Assembly (NCBI GenBank): GCA_013265495.1 | Contig: MU058844.1 | Coordinates: 1,122,941-1,186,940 of the forward strand | DNA length: 64,000 nt | Direction: 5' to 3' | Origin: Vicugna vicugna | Lineage: Eukaryota | In this document: positions 48,601 to 62,634 of the stretch, piece by piece | Layout: each line of letters starts with the position of its first letter | Position numbering within the stretch: the first letter of the stretch is position 1 | Notes under the pieces: generated by a model | The model's input: the letters and a program-made list of their open reading frames with translations, nothing else | Databases searched by the model: none | Told to the model about the DNA's origin: nothing | Made by a program: the position numbers and the translations under genes

Positions 48601-50454
48601 CAATACTTCTTAGAGTGGCAATGGCTTTGTTAAAAACTGTAACCCAACTGGGTCACATGAACCATCAGAGGATAAAAGAATCTTGTAGGTAAAGTACTTC
48701 TTTATTCCTTACCCTATCTGTGAATATCTTTGATTAAAAGTCACATGTATATGGGTATATTGATTATATTAAGTTACCAAATTTATGGAGGTCAGGGCAC
48801 AAAAGAATTCTTTTTTTTTTTTTTGCATTTTCCAGTGCATTTACTTGCCAACCAAGCTGCCTTAAGTGACACACACAAAAACAAAGAAATGTTAGTTTTA
48901 AACCAAGCAGAAGAGATTGAAAATATAACTCTGTTAAACATCAAAAGTCTTGTCCAGTTTTAGAAGAACTTGCTCAACTTCAGCATATTTAGGAAAAAGT
49001 GCCCCTGCTTAACACATTTAAATTACATCAGCTCACAGTTTTATTCCTTGCCATTCAATAAGCACAGTATTCAACTGGAGAACTTGAAATAAATGCAAAC
49101 AAAGGCTTTTAAAAATGTTTAATCCCTTCAGAGAAAACATTAAGGGACAATCACATCTTCATTTTGATTGTCACCTGGATTCAAAAGTGTGCAGCCAGAG
49201 ACGGTTTCAGATGGACAGATGGCCCTGGCAGTTAAGAGGGATGGGGGTGGGAAAAGGGATTAAATGAACACTCTGTTTTCTGTGTAAGCAAATAAAAGGG
49301 AAGAGGAAACAAAAGAAATGAGCCAGCCACCGTTGAATCAGAGAGTTCCTCTAGACATACCTTGACTTTCCTGTAAGAGATCTACTGCCCCGTGAGCCAG
49401 TTCAGCATGGATGCACAGATATTCCTGCCACTGAACCTAAGAATGCTTTCCTCTCAGAGATTAACGTTGACTGCTTGGTGCACACAGAGGTTGCCGAAAC
49501 TTGGCAATGCTGTGTGCGAGATAACCAGTAATGGAATGCTGACCCAGTGCGGGGACTTGAATCACGCTAATTTTATTGGGGTGAATTGCACATCTTGGGC
49601 AGTGTTTGGTCAAGTGAACATGCAAAGACCTTGCTGCTTCCCCGCCGTGCTGTGGGGAACTGAGCCTGTGGGCTAAGATGACATCGATGTTGGTAGTGGG
49701 GAAAAATCCATTTGAATGCTGGCTGCTGAATGGTGCTGGGCATCGTCAGCTTTTGTTTACTTCATCTTCCATGTGAAGATCGCAGCTGTTTCTTTCAGTA
49801 AAAAAAGGAGTAGAAGAATGTAGCAACCTACCTCACATTTTCCCCTCCTCTGAATGTTTGTGGAGCCCAACAGCTGTCTTTGCTAATCCTGCCACTCAGG
49901 ATTGGAATGGCTGTGCATAATCAAGAATGGAGTGGTGAAGCTGAGATTGTTGGCTGGCTTCGGGTGGCAGGTGGGAATGAACTGTTCTCTTAATGGGCTC
50001 ACATGGTCGGCTCCTGTGGGGATTGACTCAAAAAAGAAAAAAAAAGCATTTAAAGGAGGCGATGAAGGAGAGTTGAATACACACACCTTATATTTCATAC
50101 TTACAGATCTGAATGGCTGTGAAACATGAGTTCACTGGTTGTTAGAGCTGGAAGGGATTTGAAAGGTCCTCTTGTCTAGGAGTTTTCAAATTATTTTTAG
50201 CAGCAGACTTTTTTTTTTTTACTCCAAACACATCTTAGACCAGGAGTATCATGCATAAATGAAAATACCTATATAGGACAAGCAGGAACATCAATGGGAA
50301 ATGTGGCGTACTGTAAGAAAAGCAACCCCAATGACGAATGAACTCAGTGCTGGGAACACTGTAGGAGTGGTGGAGACTGTGGCAAACTGCATGCCTAGAC
50401 GGAGCAACGGCTATTCCTTTCTGGTATATTGTCACCTTTGCCAGGTGGGAGTTC

Positions 50455-50855
50455 CTTCATCCATTCATTCATCTAACAAATATTTATTAAGTGATTACTA
50501 TATACCAGGTATGGTTTTAGGCACACATAAAACAGAAAAGATCCCTACTCTCATAGTGCTTATATTCTAGGGAGGGAGTCAGCCAACAAAAAAGGGAATG
50601 CAAAAAGCTTATATATTTGTAACTAGTGGTAAATACCAAGAAAAAAAATGTAGCAGGGTAAGAGATAGGGAGTAATTGGGAAAGGAAGTATTAGAGAGAA
50701 CTGCCTGGGAGGGACTTTTAAAGGAGTACATGATAAGCAGAGAATTAAATGATGGGAAGGAGTGAGCAGAACTGGAAATGGAGTGGGAATGGGGGGTGAA
50801 GTTGGAGTGATGAATATTCTAGGGAGTGGAAAAGAGAGTGTGAACATCCTGAGGC
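50455..50855 (-). mobile_element. L2 LINE 3' region
   Basis: TTCATCCATTCATTCATCTAACAAATATTTATTAAGTGATTACTATATACCAGG antisense L2 tail. Confidence 0.8.
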
Positions 50856-53429
50856 AGGCTTTGCTCTTCCCCACCATCCCCACTAACTGAGCACAATTTG
50901 AAATTCTATCCCAGTTCAATCTCTTCTGTTTACACTAGATGATAGACCAGAGAGAAGATGCTTGTCTAAGGTCACACAGGGATGTGCTGAGACTGGAACC
51001 CAGGTCTTGCGACTCCCACCCAGTCCAGTGTCCTTTTGCTTAAAAAGTCTGTGCCCTCAACATTTTCTTCCATGCCCCAAGAGTAGGGTAGTCTTAATAG
51101 AATCTATATGTCCAAGGCTGGAATGACTGATGAACAGCAACACATATAATAGCAGTTTCCAATTAGAATTCAAGGAAAACATTTAAATTTTCATAGAGTT
51201 CTGTCCCAATTCGCCTAGCCAACTTCTACCCCAGAGTATAATTTTATGTTGTTTACAGCCTTAACATCTTTTCTGTGCTTTTTGTAAATATGATTACAGT
51301 TTAAGTCATTTACTCTTATCCAATAGAATAAATCCCATAGCAACAGAGGAGTCTGGAATACAGAAAAAAAAATCCAAGTTACTTATTATAGAACAAAAAA
51401 AATCAACTAAGTCTGACCAATTTCAAGAAGTATACTGATTTTTTTAATATGCAAATGATCCAGTTATCACATATTCTTAGTTCATTTTCCACTCAAATGT
51501 TGAGTCAGTCACGAGATGAAATAACAGTCTTTGATTATCTCTGGGTTCAAAGAACAGACTACAGCAGATTGCTTCTGCTCAGTCCACCAAATTCTTGTTT
51601 TCCAATCACTCTGACACCAACTTCAGGTGGAGAAAGGATATTTATATATCAGAATGGATAAAATTTGATGCCTATGGTAGGCCCCTCTTCCTCGCCTTTT
51701 CCTTGTCCACATGGGCTGTAGCCAGAACCAAGGGTAGCTTTTGCTTGTTTTTTTGAAGGAACTTGATTTACAGACTGGGTCCAAGACAAAAATGCATATT
51801 CATCTTCTGAAATAGGTGCAAAATACTCCCTAACATTAACAACCTACAACTCCTCTCTTCTCATTTCTTAAATACAAATAAAATTTGTCTTTCATTCATA
51901 CTGTAGCTTTTTTTTTTAAAACACATAAGGGTTGAAGAATCATAGAATTTTACTCAAAAGAATCTTTTTCTGTGTTTAGTTTTTCTCTTTAGTCAGTGGA
52001 TATGAAAGGTAGAATTTTGCTCCACTCATTGAAATCTTTTGAAATGTCATTAAACTTTCCTGAATCTTCTAGATAACACCAAAGGAAATCAATAGAGATC
52101 TTCCCAGGTGAAAGGAGTTTGACTAGCTAGTGTATCATTTATTTTGTTTAACCAATTAGAAAGTAGCCAGTTGGTAAATATTTGCTATAATTCATTCTTG
52201 GATATTTATAGATGCTTCAGTGGCAGATTTTATTGATAAATACCAATAACAATGGCAATACCCAAGGAGGAAAAACGAACTATAAAATTATAATTTAGGT
52301 TTTTCTTTTATTAAAATTATAGTGGAAAATTACCTTGAGATAAGCATGGACTATGGGCTGGACATATATCAGAAATATGTTTGCTTTTTGTATTTGTGCT
52401 TTGGGCTGATTTCAATTTAATTAAATCTATGAAGTATTTTATTAAGTGTTTAATTTAGTGAGTATCTACAGTGGGGGAGGTAGGCAAATTTGGGTACAAT
52501 TTTCATGGTTGCCAGTAGTCTCCATAGAGATTGGAGTAACCCGTAAATTAATACAAGTATCATCAAATACTACAAAATTTGCGCTATGAAAATTGTAAAG
52601 GCTTAAATTACTGGAAAATGAAGAATTGGGTCTGCAATCATAGGTAGGATTTGGATCTGTGGAAAGAAATGAAATCTGGTAGACAGACAAACAATGGCAG
52701 AGACACGAACATGCCCTATATATGAAGGACTGTGCGGAGGATGCATGATGAACATTAATAAGGAATGACCATATTATGGGGAAACTTGAATCTCACGAAG
52801 AGAATCTTGCTTTGTTTTGAGAGGCATTAGAGAAACTTTGTTGGAGGCTTTGAGTAGATTACACTCACTGATATGCAGAAAACATTGGAGAGAAGTAGGA
52901 TCAAAATTTTAAAAATCACTTGGAAATTTATGACAACATTCTTGCATAAGTGGCCCAAAAACAGTGATCACAAAAAGAAAAAAAAAAGATCTAAAGACAA
53001 AGAAGCATGTAGAGTGATGCTTGACTCCATCATACATTTATTCACAGGTATGATTTAGAGACCTCCCTGTGCTATAGATATGAATACTGCACCTGCTCTC
53101 TTGGGGCACAAACTCTGGGAGACCATAACCAGGACTGAGTTTGAGACCTATCTGTGGATTTTTTTAGCAAAGCATTATGTTCAACAACTCTTGCAGAAAG
53201 TAGAACAGAGTCCAGAAAAATAAAGAAAAGCACATTATAAATGTTTAGGCTGCCCTTTTATCCTTAGAGAGCTTGGTCAGCATATAGGAAACCACCAAGG
53301 AGTAAGATGTACTCAGCGAGCTTGCAACTCCATTGGCCTCAACACTGGGTTGAAGGTTGTTCTCTGATGCCCCATATCTCCATTCCAAAATCCCAGCCAT
53401 CATTTTGGTATTAAAACTGGTGAGAAAAG

Positions 53430-53528
53430 GGGGTGGGGATATAGCTCAGTGGTAACAGCGTATGCTTAGCATGAAGTCCTGGGTTCAATCCCCAGTACTT
53501 CCATTTAAGATGTCCATTCAAAAAAAAA
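53430..53528 (+). mobile_element. tRNA-derived SINE, camelid Vic-1 type
   Basis: GGGG..ATAGCTCAGTGGTA (A box)..GCTTAGCATG..GTCCTGGGTTCAATCCCCAGTAC (B box), A-tail. Perfect 17-bp TSD AAAACTGGTGAGAAAAG (53413-53429, 53529-53545) at a TT/AAAA L1 endonuclease site. Confidence 0.9.
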
Positions 53529-53559
53529 AAAACTGGTGAGAAAAGCTCTGGAGCAGTAG

Positions 53560-53740
53560 TCATAAATCTCCTGATTTGAGTCCTACCCCTGCTACTTACT
53601 TTAATAGTATGATCTGGGGAAGTTAATTATACTCTCTGAGTTTCATTCAACTTCTTCATTTATAAAATGAGACTAATACCACCTGCCTGACAAACTCAGC
53701 GGATTGTCAGGAAGATCAAAGGAGAAAATATTTATCAGTG
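53560..53740 (+). mobile_element. MIR SINE
   Basis: TTTGAGTCCTACCCCTGCTACTTACT..TGATCTGGGGAAGTTAATTA..TATAAAATGAGACTAATACCACCTGCCT. Confidence 0.7.
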
Positions 53741-54919
53741 CCACTAGGGCATAATGACATGGCAGGAGAGTGGAGGAGAAAGAACTCTACTGGGTAACCA
53801 TTTGCCTTGTCCTAGGTATCAGGGTGTGACTTTATAAATGATACATAAGAATCATTCTCCTGCTAGGAATTTCAAGCCTTGGTCTAAAAAGAAATGTCAT
53901 ACTATAAAGAAGCAACTCTGGTCTAGTTAAATGTTGGTTAAATGTTTTTGTTGGGGAATAATACCTTTTTTACCTCCAAATAAAAACTTACAAGGAACTT
54001 CAGTGTATAAAACAAAAATAAAAAACAGTGAGTCATTTTTGGTATAAAGATTTTTAAAATAATTTGTAATATGTACTTATTATAAAATCAGTCATGGAGA
54101 ATAATAAAGTTTTTCTAATTAACACAAAATTTAAAATGATAATATTATACCCATGTCAACCTCTAATTTTGTATTTTTTTACTTTGGTTGCACAATGTCA
54201 AGACAATTCTAATTCACACAGATAAGCAGTTAAAAATGATAATATTTGTATTTATCAGCTTACCTTGAATTCTCTGAGGAATCTCTAAATAAATAGAAAA
54301 AACAGGAAGAGCTTTGCTCTAACGTCTAAGCACAAAAAAGTTAACTGACAGCACAAGTTAACACATAAAGAAGAAAATAAGTTAAATTTGGTATGCATTG
54401 CATGTTTCTTTTTATTAAAGTGTTTTTAATTGTGAAAAACAGCATTGTTAAATATTTGCGAAAACTTTGAAAGAACTCTCTGGAACCTTTAGTGTCTACA
54501 GAATTGTTTGTAGCTGGCCACGTGCCAACAGTACAGGTTACTGTTTTGAATGCTATTGTGGTTTACTTCTTAATCCTTCTGACCAGTGTCTGAGGCAGGT
54601 GAGGACCCTGAGATACACGAAGGTTGACTAATTTTCCATAAAGCACACAGTTGATAGATTCAAACCCAGGTTGTTTAACTGTGTGGTCTCAAGTCCTTGA
54701 GGAGGAGAACGGACTCACAGTCTTACTACATAATTTAATAGCTAGGTAATTTCAGTTTTTACATCTACCAAATACAGATCAGTTGTGACATTCAGTTATG
54801 ACACTATCTGAAAACCTTGGCATTTAGTAGGTGTTTAGTAGATGTTTTCTGACTCTGAATTTACCGTATGACTGACTTCCCTTCACAAAGCCATCCACAT
54901 AGTGTAAGATCACTTAATA

Positions 54920-55104
54920 CAAGGGTTGGCCAACTACAACCACAGGCCAAATCTGGCCCACAGCCTGAATTTATAAATAAAGTTTTATTAAACAGTCCTA
55001 CTCATATTCATTTATGTACAGTCCATGTAGTTGTGACAGAGACTGTATGACTCACAAAGTATAAAATATTCATTTATCGTCTGGCCCTTTATAGGGAAAG
55101 CCTG
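54920..55104 (+). mobile_element. MER58A-like hAT-Charlie MITE
   Basis: CAAGGGTTGGCCAACTAC..GGCCAAATCTGGCCCACAGCCTG..TAAATAAAGTTTTATT..CTGGCCCTTTA. Confidence 0.85.
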
Positions 55105-57959
55105 AGATCTGATACAGTGACTGCATTTTCTGTCAACTTCCCATAACACAGAACCAGCTAAGACAGCAATTGAGGTGTGTGTAGTTGAAGGAGAAGGGGA
55201 GGATGAGGCCTCATGAATGAGCTTGTGTGAAATCAGAATTGATCAGGTTGTTTTGGCCACAGTAGGTGTTTTCCTTGCCACCCTGACCCATTTTGGTTTG
55301 CATTAAATTTTTTTAGCATGTCTTGTACATCATAAAACATGGCCATGTTTATTAAGGAGTGATTTTTTTTTAAGTTGGAATTAAAAAACTCAAGCTATTG
55401 TTGACTCAGAAATGATTTAATACTTTAATAATTTTTCCAAAACTGAAAAATGGATTTTTTAAAGAAAGTTTGGGTCTTCTCCATCATGAATGAAAACCAA
55501 ACAAAAGAAATAGTATTAAATTGAAAGAAATAGTATTAAATTACTTAAGTTAAAAAAGTAATTATTTTCTTTGAGTTTACATAGTAGTTTGTGGAATTTC
55601 TTTCCTGTAACAAGAAATAAATAGGTTGAGGAAGGTAGGGAAGTGATATAGGTACTACATTTCATTCTACCAAGTGGACAGGGCCCTTTTAATCAAAAAT
55701 TCCATTTAATATTTGTTAATAATATCACACTTATCATTTCAAGCCTTATCCTCCATTTTGACAAATATTAGAAGGTGAACTTTAACAGAATGAATTCTAA
55801 GTTATCATTTCCCTACTTTTAACCTTGGTGAATTGTTTCTGTGGGTGACATTTCTCTTACCTATAAAAATATGTTTGCATTTAAAATATAGGGTATCATA
55901 TTAGACTATAAGTCATAAGGCAACAGCTGAACATTTGAGTACAAATTCCTGTAATTCTTTCATTTAGTATGTACCAGGCACAGTACTAGTCACTGATTAT
56001 ACATGACGTGGTAGCAGCCCTGATGGAGCTGGAGAAGACAGATAAGAAGTAACATTAACAATTTTTTTTGTAAGTTTTTATAAGAACTATAAGGGAAATT
56101 AACAAGGTGAAGTGACAGAGGGAAAAAAATGATGGGAACAATTTTAAATGGATGCTGGTGGTTGTGGAGGGTGGGCAGGAAGAATTACCTGGATGTTCAA
56201 AAGCCCTGAGGCACACAATGAATGACCTTGGGCTGTTCAGTGCACTGAAAAGATGACAGTGTGGTTGGAGAAAGTGGAAGGAGGTGAGGTTAGAGAATGG
56301 ACAAAGGGCCTTCTGGGCCAGGTCAAAAGGGAAGAACAAGTTAAGGTTTTATATTTTTTAAAAATGAAAACATGCAGGTCCATTTACTAAAAGAGAGACC
56401 AGTACAAGGAAGATTATCTGGATGAATTTTTGATGTCTCTTTTAAGCAATATCATTTCTCATCTATTTATCTTTGAAATCTCCAGCTAAGGGAGAGGTAG
56501 TGATTGTGTAATATGACACACCCTTTTGTGGATAATTAAATAATGCCACTGGGGTAAAAGCATTTAGAGAGAGGAGGTAATTTTATTCTTTTCAGCCTGG
56601 AATTTTTAGTAGATAAAGTTAAAACATTTCAAGCTGTCTCCACTACATTGCCATCTCTGCAGAGAATCAAATTACTCTCCATTCTCCCTTTTACAAAAGA
56701 TTCATGTCTTAATTTATCACATGAAATAAAGACATTTATGTAAACCCTGCAAACTACATCCCTGAGAAACTACAAAAATCAAAAGAAAGTAATTAAAGCA
56801 GGATTAAGTGTATATGTTATATTTTTAACTTTCTAACAAGCCACACGAATTGGTAATTTATGATACTACAAGAGTGAACTTGATGGGGAATTACAACTTC
56901 TGAGATATTAGTGTTTAGTAGATGGTAATTTATGACATTACTTAGTACATATGGGAATATGATCTCAGTAGGTATCCCAGACCACATTGAAATTTAGGGG
57001 ATTCTTAATGAACTGATAAAATAATAATGATGATAATTATTAGAATAAAAGCCAGTTCTTTTAAGCAGCTAGACAGAAAAGAGGTCAAGATTAATGACCC
57101 CTAAGAGCCAGGAAGGGAATTTAGCACCTTCTGTGTTGTGGGTGACTCTGCTTTGAAGGGCTTGGTTGTGAAACACTAGATGTGGGATGTATCTCTTAAT
57201 ATCACTAACCATCAAATAGGATCAATACAGAAATGGGAAAGGTAGAGTTTCAAGTTCTATAGTTTCCACCTGCAATTTCACTGGTAAGTGAAAAGCCTGG
57301 GTTGATTACTTAGAAGATTAAATTGCTTTTACTGATAAACTGTTATGGGGAACAGATTGTATGTCCTTTGTAAATGTGCTCTGCTGGGGGGACCTGTCTG
57401 ATATCTTGGAAAAGAGTAGAATTAAGAGTCAGAAGACTTAATCTTGTTCACAGAGGATGAAATATGGCCTTGGACAAGTCACTTAATCTCGAGTTGTCAA
57501 CTTCCTCATGAGTAAAATGAAAGCCAGAAAATATTGTCTCTCTTGCTTCTTCACTAGATTTTTGAGGAAAAACAAAACAAAACAGAACACTCCTTTACCT
57601 GTGAAGCATTATACTTTTGCATAATCACTATATTTTGTTTTATAGTAGAAATCAGGAGGTTACTATATGGTCACCATAGTGTGGTCAGCGTTTATGTCAC
57701 ACCAACTGACCCACTCGTACTTTGGGAATCCAAGGGACAGTCGCACCTTAGGAGATGCTGCATTGTGGGAGAGAGATTGTGGACAGACTGTATCGTTTTG
57801 GTCTCTTACAAAGGCAACTTGGTTACTGAGATAGTGCCTCTCTGAGGAATCTACCCAATGTCCACTGAATTATGAGGTTTTTTTCATTTTTACTTTTAGG
57901 ATAACAAACCAATCCCAGCTGTGGGTGTGAGTTCCAAGGGTTTTTCCACCTACCCCTCT

Positions 57960-58205
57960 CTGGTGTGTCTTTCTCCAGCCGCAGGTAAAAAGTTGCCTTT
58001 TCTGAAGGTGCAGATCAGAACTCAGCCAATGACTTGAGGGGACTCTTCTCTCTATCTCTACAGGTTTCTCTCCCCCTGTGTGTGACTTTCTTCTTTCTGT
58101 TACTCACCCCTTTAAGACAAGCCTCTTTGCTGCTCTAACTTCTATCTCCTCAACTCATGAAGACTGGTGGGTTACATTTGTGTTCCCCCACCCACCCTGC
58201 TTCCT
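57960..58205 (-). mobile_element. Old L1M 5'-region fragment
   Basis: TGCAGATCAGAACTCAGCCAATGACTTGAGGGGAC..TCTCCTCAACTCA..TTTGTGTTCCCCC resembles antisense L1M 5' sequence as recalled. Confidence 0.55.
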
Positions 58206-58690
58206 GTTCTTATTTCAGCTTTGGTTTCTCTTGCTATATTTATCATAAAGATATTAGTGTGGATTGAGTATATTAAGTCATGTGCAATGGGAAGTTAATG
58301 GGGCATTTCTTCTTCTCTAAATGTCTCAGAAGAGGTCCAGTATAGTCGGTGCCAAGGAAACCCACATTCTAACACTAGATGGTAGCTTAAGGGACCCAAT
58401 GAGAGAAATGGTTCTACCCATGCAATCACACTGGCAACCTCCAACCTGTCAAAAGTGACTTTAAAGAAGCTGGCACTGAGGCTTCTTTGGAAGATGTTAT
58501 CAGTTTAGTAAGTGTCCCCATCCTCACCCTCCACCCCAGGTAGAAGTGTTGCTTCTTTAACACAAACCAAAAAAGAGGCATGTTAGTGGAGCCACTCAGA
58601 AAGCTTACTACATGTCTTCTGGACTTTAGAGGACATAGAGACTGATGTCTGACTCATACTTGAAAACACAGGGGACTGTGGCCTAAACTA
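58206..58690 (+). repeat. Inverted repeat, left arm (485 bp)
   Basis: Reverse complement of 62635-63120. By eye only two substitutions and one homopolymer indel. Confidence 0.97.
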
Positions 58691-60760
58691 TCCATATGTT
58701 TAATAAGATAGAGGAAAGGAAGAACATGAAAAATAGAGAAATTAAAGATATGAAATACCCAGAGGGAACGTCTAGAAAAGAAAGTTATAACATTTGACAT
58801 AAAAATACACTACATGGATTTACAGCAGATTAGACACTGGAAAAGAAAATGTCTTGGAATTTGAACACAGAGCAGAAAAAATGATCTAAAATAAATATAG
58901 AAAAAGACTGAAAAAAAATGAAGAAGAGAACAGTGAGGTGTGAGACAATATCATTGATCTAGCATACATGAAATTGGAGTTCCATGAGAAGTGGCAAATA
59001 GAATATTTGAAATAATAATGGCTAAAAGTGCCAGTATTTGAGGAAAACTAAAAACTATAAATCCGAAGATCCAAGAAGTTCAATGAATCTCAAGCAGAAA
59101 AAACAAATTTTTTTAAGGAAGTCAAGAAAAATCACAATGAGATTAAGAAAAAACAAAAACAACAGTGATAAAGACAAAATCTTAAAAGCAATGAGGGGAT
59201 AGAGAAGAATAAAGATAGGAATCAAGACGTATTTCTTGTCAGAAACTATTCAAGCCAAAAGAGACTAGAGAGACATCTTTAAAGTACTGAAAGACAAAAA
59301 CTGTCTACCAAGAATTCTTTATGTAGGGAAAATATCTTTCTAAAATTAAGCCAAATAAAGATTTTTCAGACAAAGAAAAGGAGAGGTGATTCACTTCAAC
59401 AAGTATTAAAGGAAATTCTCTAGACAGGTAAAAAATGATAATGGTGGAAATTTGTATCTACACAAAGAAATGAAGAGCACAAAGAAATGAAGAGCACCAA
59501 AAATGGATAATACATGGGTAAATGTAGAATAGATTTTTTTTCTGTTGTTTTACAACCTCTTTAAGAGATGGGAAACTCTTCAAAGTTAAAAAAAAAAGTG
59601 AATTCTGGACTTAATGTCATAAGTATAAGTAAAAGTTGTGGCAACAAAACACAAAGGACTGAAGGAAAAATGGATATAGAACGTCATAAGATTCTTATAT
59701 AATGTGTGAATTTGTATAATATTACTTAGTGGTAAACTGTGATAAGTTAAAAATGTATACTGTAAACCACAGAGCAACTACTAAAAAATAAAAAGAGTTG
59801 TAGCTAATATGCTAATAGTGAAAATAAAACAGAATAATAAAAACAACCTACTACCAAAAAAAATGGAGGAATAAATAAGAGAAAATAGATAAATAGAAAA
59901 CAGCAATATAGAGGATTTAAAACCAACAATATCTATAACTACATTAATGTAGAAGGCCTAGACATGAATTAAAGGGCAGATACTGTTAGACTGGAAGAAA
60001 AGGCAATAGCCAACTATGTGCTGCCTGAAAGATACCACTCAACAAATAGATATTAGTAAGTAAAAACAAAAGGATGGCAAAAGAATGCCATGTAAACTCT
60101 AATCAAAGGAAAGCTGGAGTGACTGTATTAATGTCTGATATTTTATACTTAGAAACAATTATACTTAGAAATCTTGACACTTTGCTCTCAGTAACTGATA
60201 GCAAAAGTAGACAATAAATCAGTGATGATAGAGAATCCCTGAATACTGGAACAATACTATCAACCAACTGACCTAATTAACCTATATAGGATGTTTCATC
60301 GAACAACAGCAGAATGTACATTCTTTTGAAGAGCACACAGAGCATTCAATAAAATGAAACCAACATTATTATGAGCTATAAAATAACTCTCAATAAATTT
60401 AAGGGGCTTAATAGTATACAAAGTATTTTCTCTGACCATAAGAGAAATAAACTAAAACTCAATAACAAAGATATATTTGCAAAAATATACAAATATTTGG
60501 AAACTAATCCATGCATCATAGAGGAAATCACAAAAGATATTAGAAAATGTTTTAATCTGAATGAAAATGAAAACACAATATATCAAAATTTGTGGAATGC
60601 AACAAAAGCAGTGCTTAAAGAGAAGTGTATAGCATTAAATGTTTCCATTAGAAAAAGAAGAAAGATAAATCAATAATCTTAGCTTCCATCTTAGGAAACC
60701 AGAAAAAAGAGGAAATTAAAGCCAAAGTAAGCAGAAGGAAAAAAAGAATAAAAATAAAAG
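58691..60760 (+). mobile_element. Old L1M internal fragment (ORF1 through ORF2 endonuclease domain)
   Basis: ORF1-like text (TCAGAAACTATTCAAGCC..CTACCAAGAATTCT), endonuclease motifs ACATTAATGTA..ACTATGTGCTGCCTG, and ORF 60371-60676 with SIFSDH..NENENTIYQNLWNATKAVL. Many stops and frameshifts. Confidence 0.88.
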
Positions 60761-60764
60761 CTAC

Positions 60765-60960
60765 CCTGATTGAACACTTACTATGACCCAGGCATTGTCT
60801 TGAGCGCTTTATGCCCAAGTATCTTTTCTATTCTGGTCACAACCTGTGAGTTAGTCATTATTATCCTATTTTTCAGATGAGGAAATTGAACCTTGCTGAT
60901 GTTCAATAACTTCCAAGTTCATATAGTTAGTTAAGAGCTAGAATTGTGATTTAAACTCAG
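60765..60960 (-). mobile_element. MIR SINE
   Basis: TTGAACACTTACTATGACCCAGGCATTGT..TATTATCCTATTTTTCAGATGAGGAAATTGA. Confidence 0.8.
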
Positions 60961-61044
60961 ATCTAACCCAACATCCTGCAGATTTAATTGAGCATATTTA
61001 TACTATTAAGCATATTTTATTATCTTCAATTTGATATTTCTATT

Positions 61045-61190
61045 GATACATACATAGATATCATATAGTACACATATACAATATAGCATACATATATGCA
61101 TACATATGTATACACATGTATATGTATATACAGTATATAATGTGTATATATATGTACGTATATACACATACACACACACACAAGCACATA
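61045..61190. repeat. Degenerate (TA/CA/TG)n low-complexity tract
   Basis: Direct reading. Confidence 0.85.
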
Positions 61191-62634
61191 AGTTCTTTAT
61201 CAATCTAGAGTCAAAAGGCTCCAGTTGCCTAGCACATTGGAGAACAGTTTATAGAGATCAGCCGTCACTATCAATGAAATGATCTACCATGAAGGACATC
61301 TGTGGAAACACAGCCTGTGACTAGAGCCCATGAATAATTTCCACTTGCTCCTGTCAGTCTTTCAAGCTACGTGGCCTTGAGTCACAGAGACATGGATGGG
61401 CAGCTGAAAGTATCACAGTGTATTCACGGCCACCATAATTCACTCAAGTGTTAATAGCCTCTTACAAGGATACATCCAGCCTCCTCCAAATATTAGGCAA
61501 TCAAACTCGTGTTCTGTACATGAGAAGCCAAACGCATCTCTTTCTAAGCACTGGATGCCTGATTCCTATTCCTGGGACCACATACAATTACCCTGTCATC
61601 TTGGGCAAGCCACTTTGGGATCCTCTGTTTTCTAACTCTGGATCTGTAGTTTTTTCAATTGTTTAATGGAAGGGAGGAAGAATCTCCAATGTCCTCTCCC
61701 TGTTGATTGTTTTCTACCCCTCCTCTCCAGCATTGTCAACACAACTGACAATGTTGACTATCTTATCAGTATGACTCCTTATTATCAGTTCCCAATCTCC
61801 ATAAAAGTAAAAGTCAGGTCATAATATTCACTTGCTCCAAATCTTCTAAAGTCTTCCCATTTCACTAGAATAAACCCTAAATCTTGTTACAATTACCTGC
61901 TGTTTTGATTGTTTACCACCAACCCCCAGGTTCCACTAACCGATACAACTCTGGGCTGTTCTCTATTGGCTTTTCTGATTGTCAACAGGTAATGAATGAA
62001 AAATAAATCTTTTTTTCAAGGTGATCAAAGTTTAGTGCAGTAGAAGGTCTAATCCATATACATTTTAGCTCTGTCTCCTTCTCACAGCTGTTACCACTCA
62101 GGCTGTAAATCCAGGAATAAGAGGAGGGTGCAAGGTGGTTTCCTCACTTTCCCCTCTCAATATCTTTTCCCCCTTTTCTAGCTGTGATTTCTGGCCTCTC
62201 CAGAGATGGGGGTAGATGGGTAAGCAAGATGAAGTGGAAAGGTGCAATGAGTTTGACCGGTGCTATTATAATTGGTCATTGGAGTCCTCGAGTAGTGGAC
62301 ATCCCAACTGACTTTCTCTCATGGGGCATTTTAGTGAGTTTTTTTGTTTTTGTTTTTGTTTTTTTTAAGATACCTCCCTTTGCCTACATCACAGGGCTTT
62401 CAGTAACTGTTCTGCTGACTCTAGTTATACCTTCTCAGGCCGGCCACTTATGATTTCTTCATTCTCTTGGCTCCTAGTGGTACATTCTCACTGATGAGGT
62501 CATGTCCCCCTTCCAGGCAGTCTCTCCCAAGATGACCCAATCTGCCTTTCTTGAGGAGATTCTTGTTTGCCCCACCAAATTCTGGAAGTGCTGTTTATTC
62601 CCATTATAGCTTAGTCCTAGACACCAGAAAAAGG

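Noticed and set aside
53430..53505. Functional tRNA gene
   Set aside because: Anticodon/variable region is shortened; it has an A-tail and TSD and no oligo-T terminator, so it is a SINE.
55504..55542. 20-bp-period duplication (also a 17-bp-period one at 59461-59497)
   Set aside because: Ordinary slippage-type micro-duplications with no inserted sequence.
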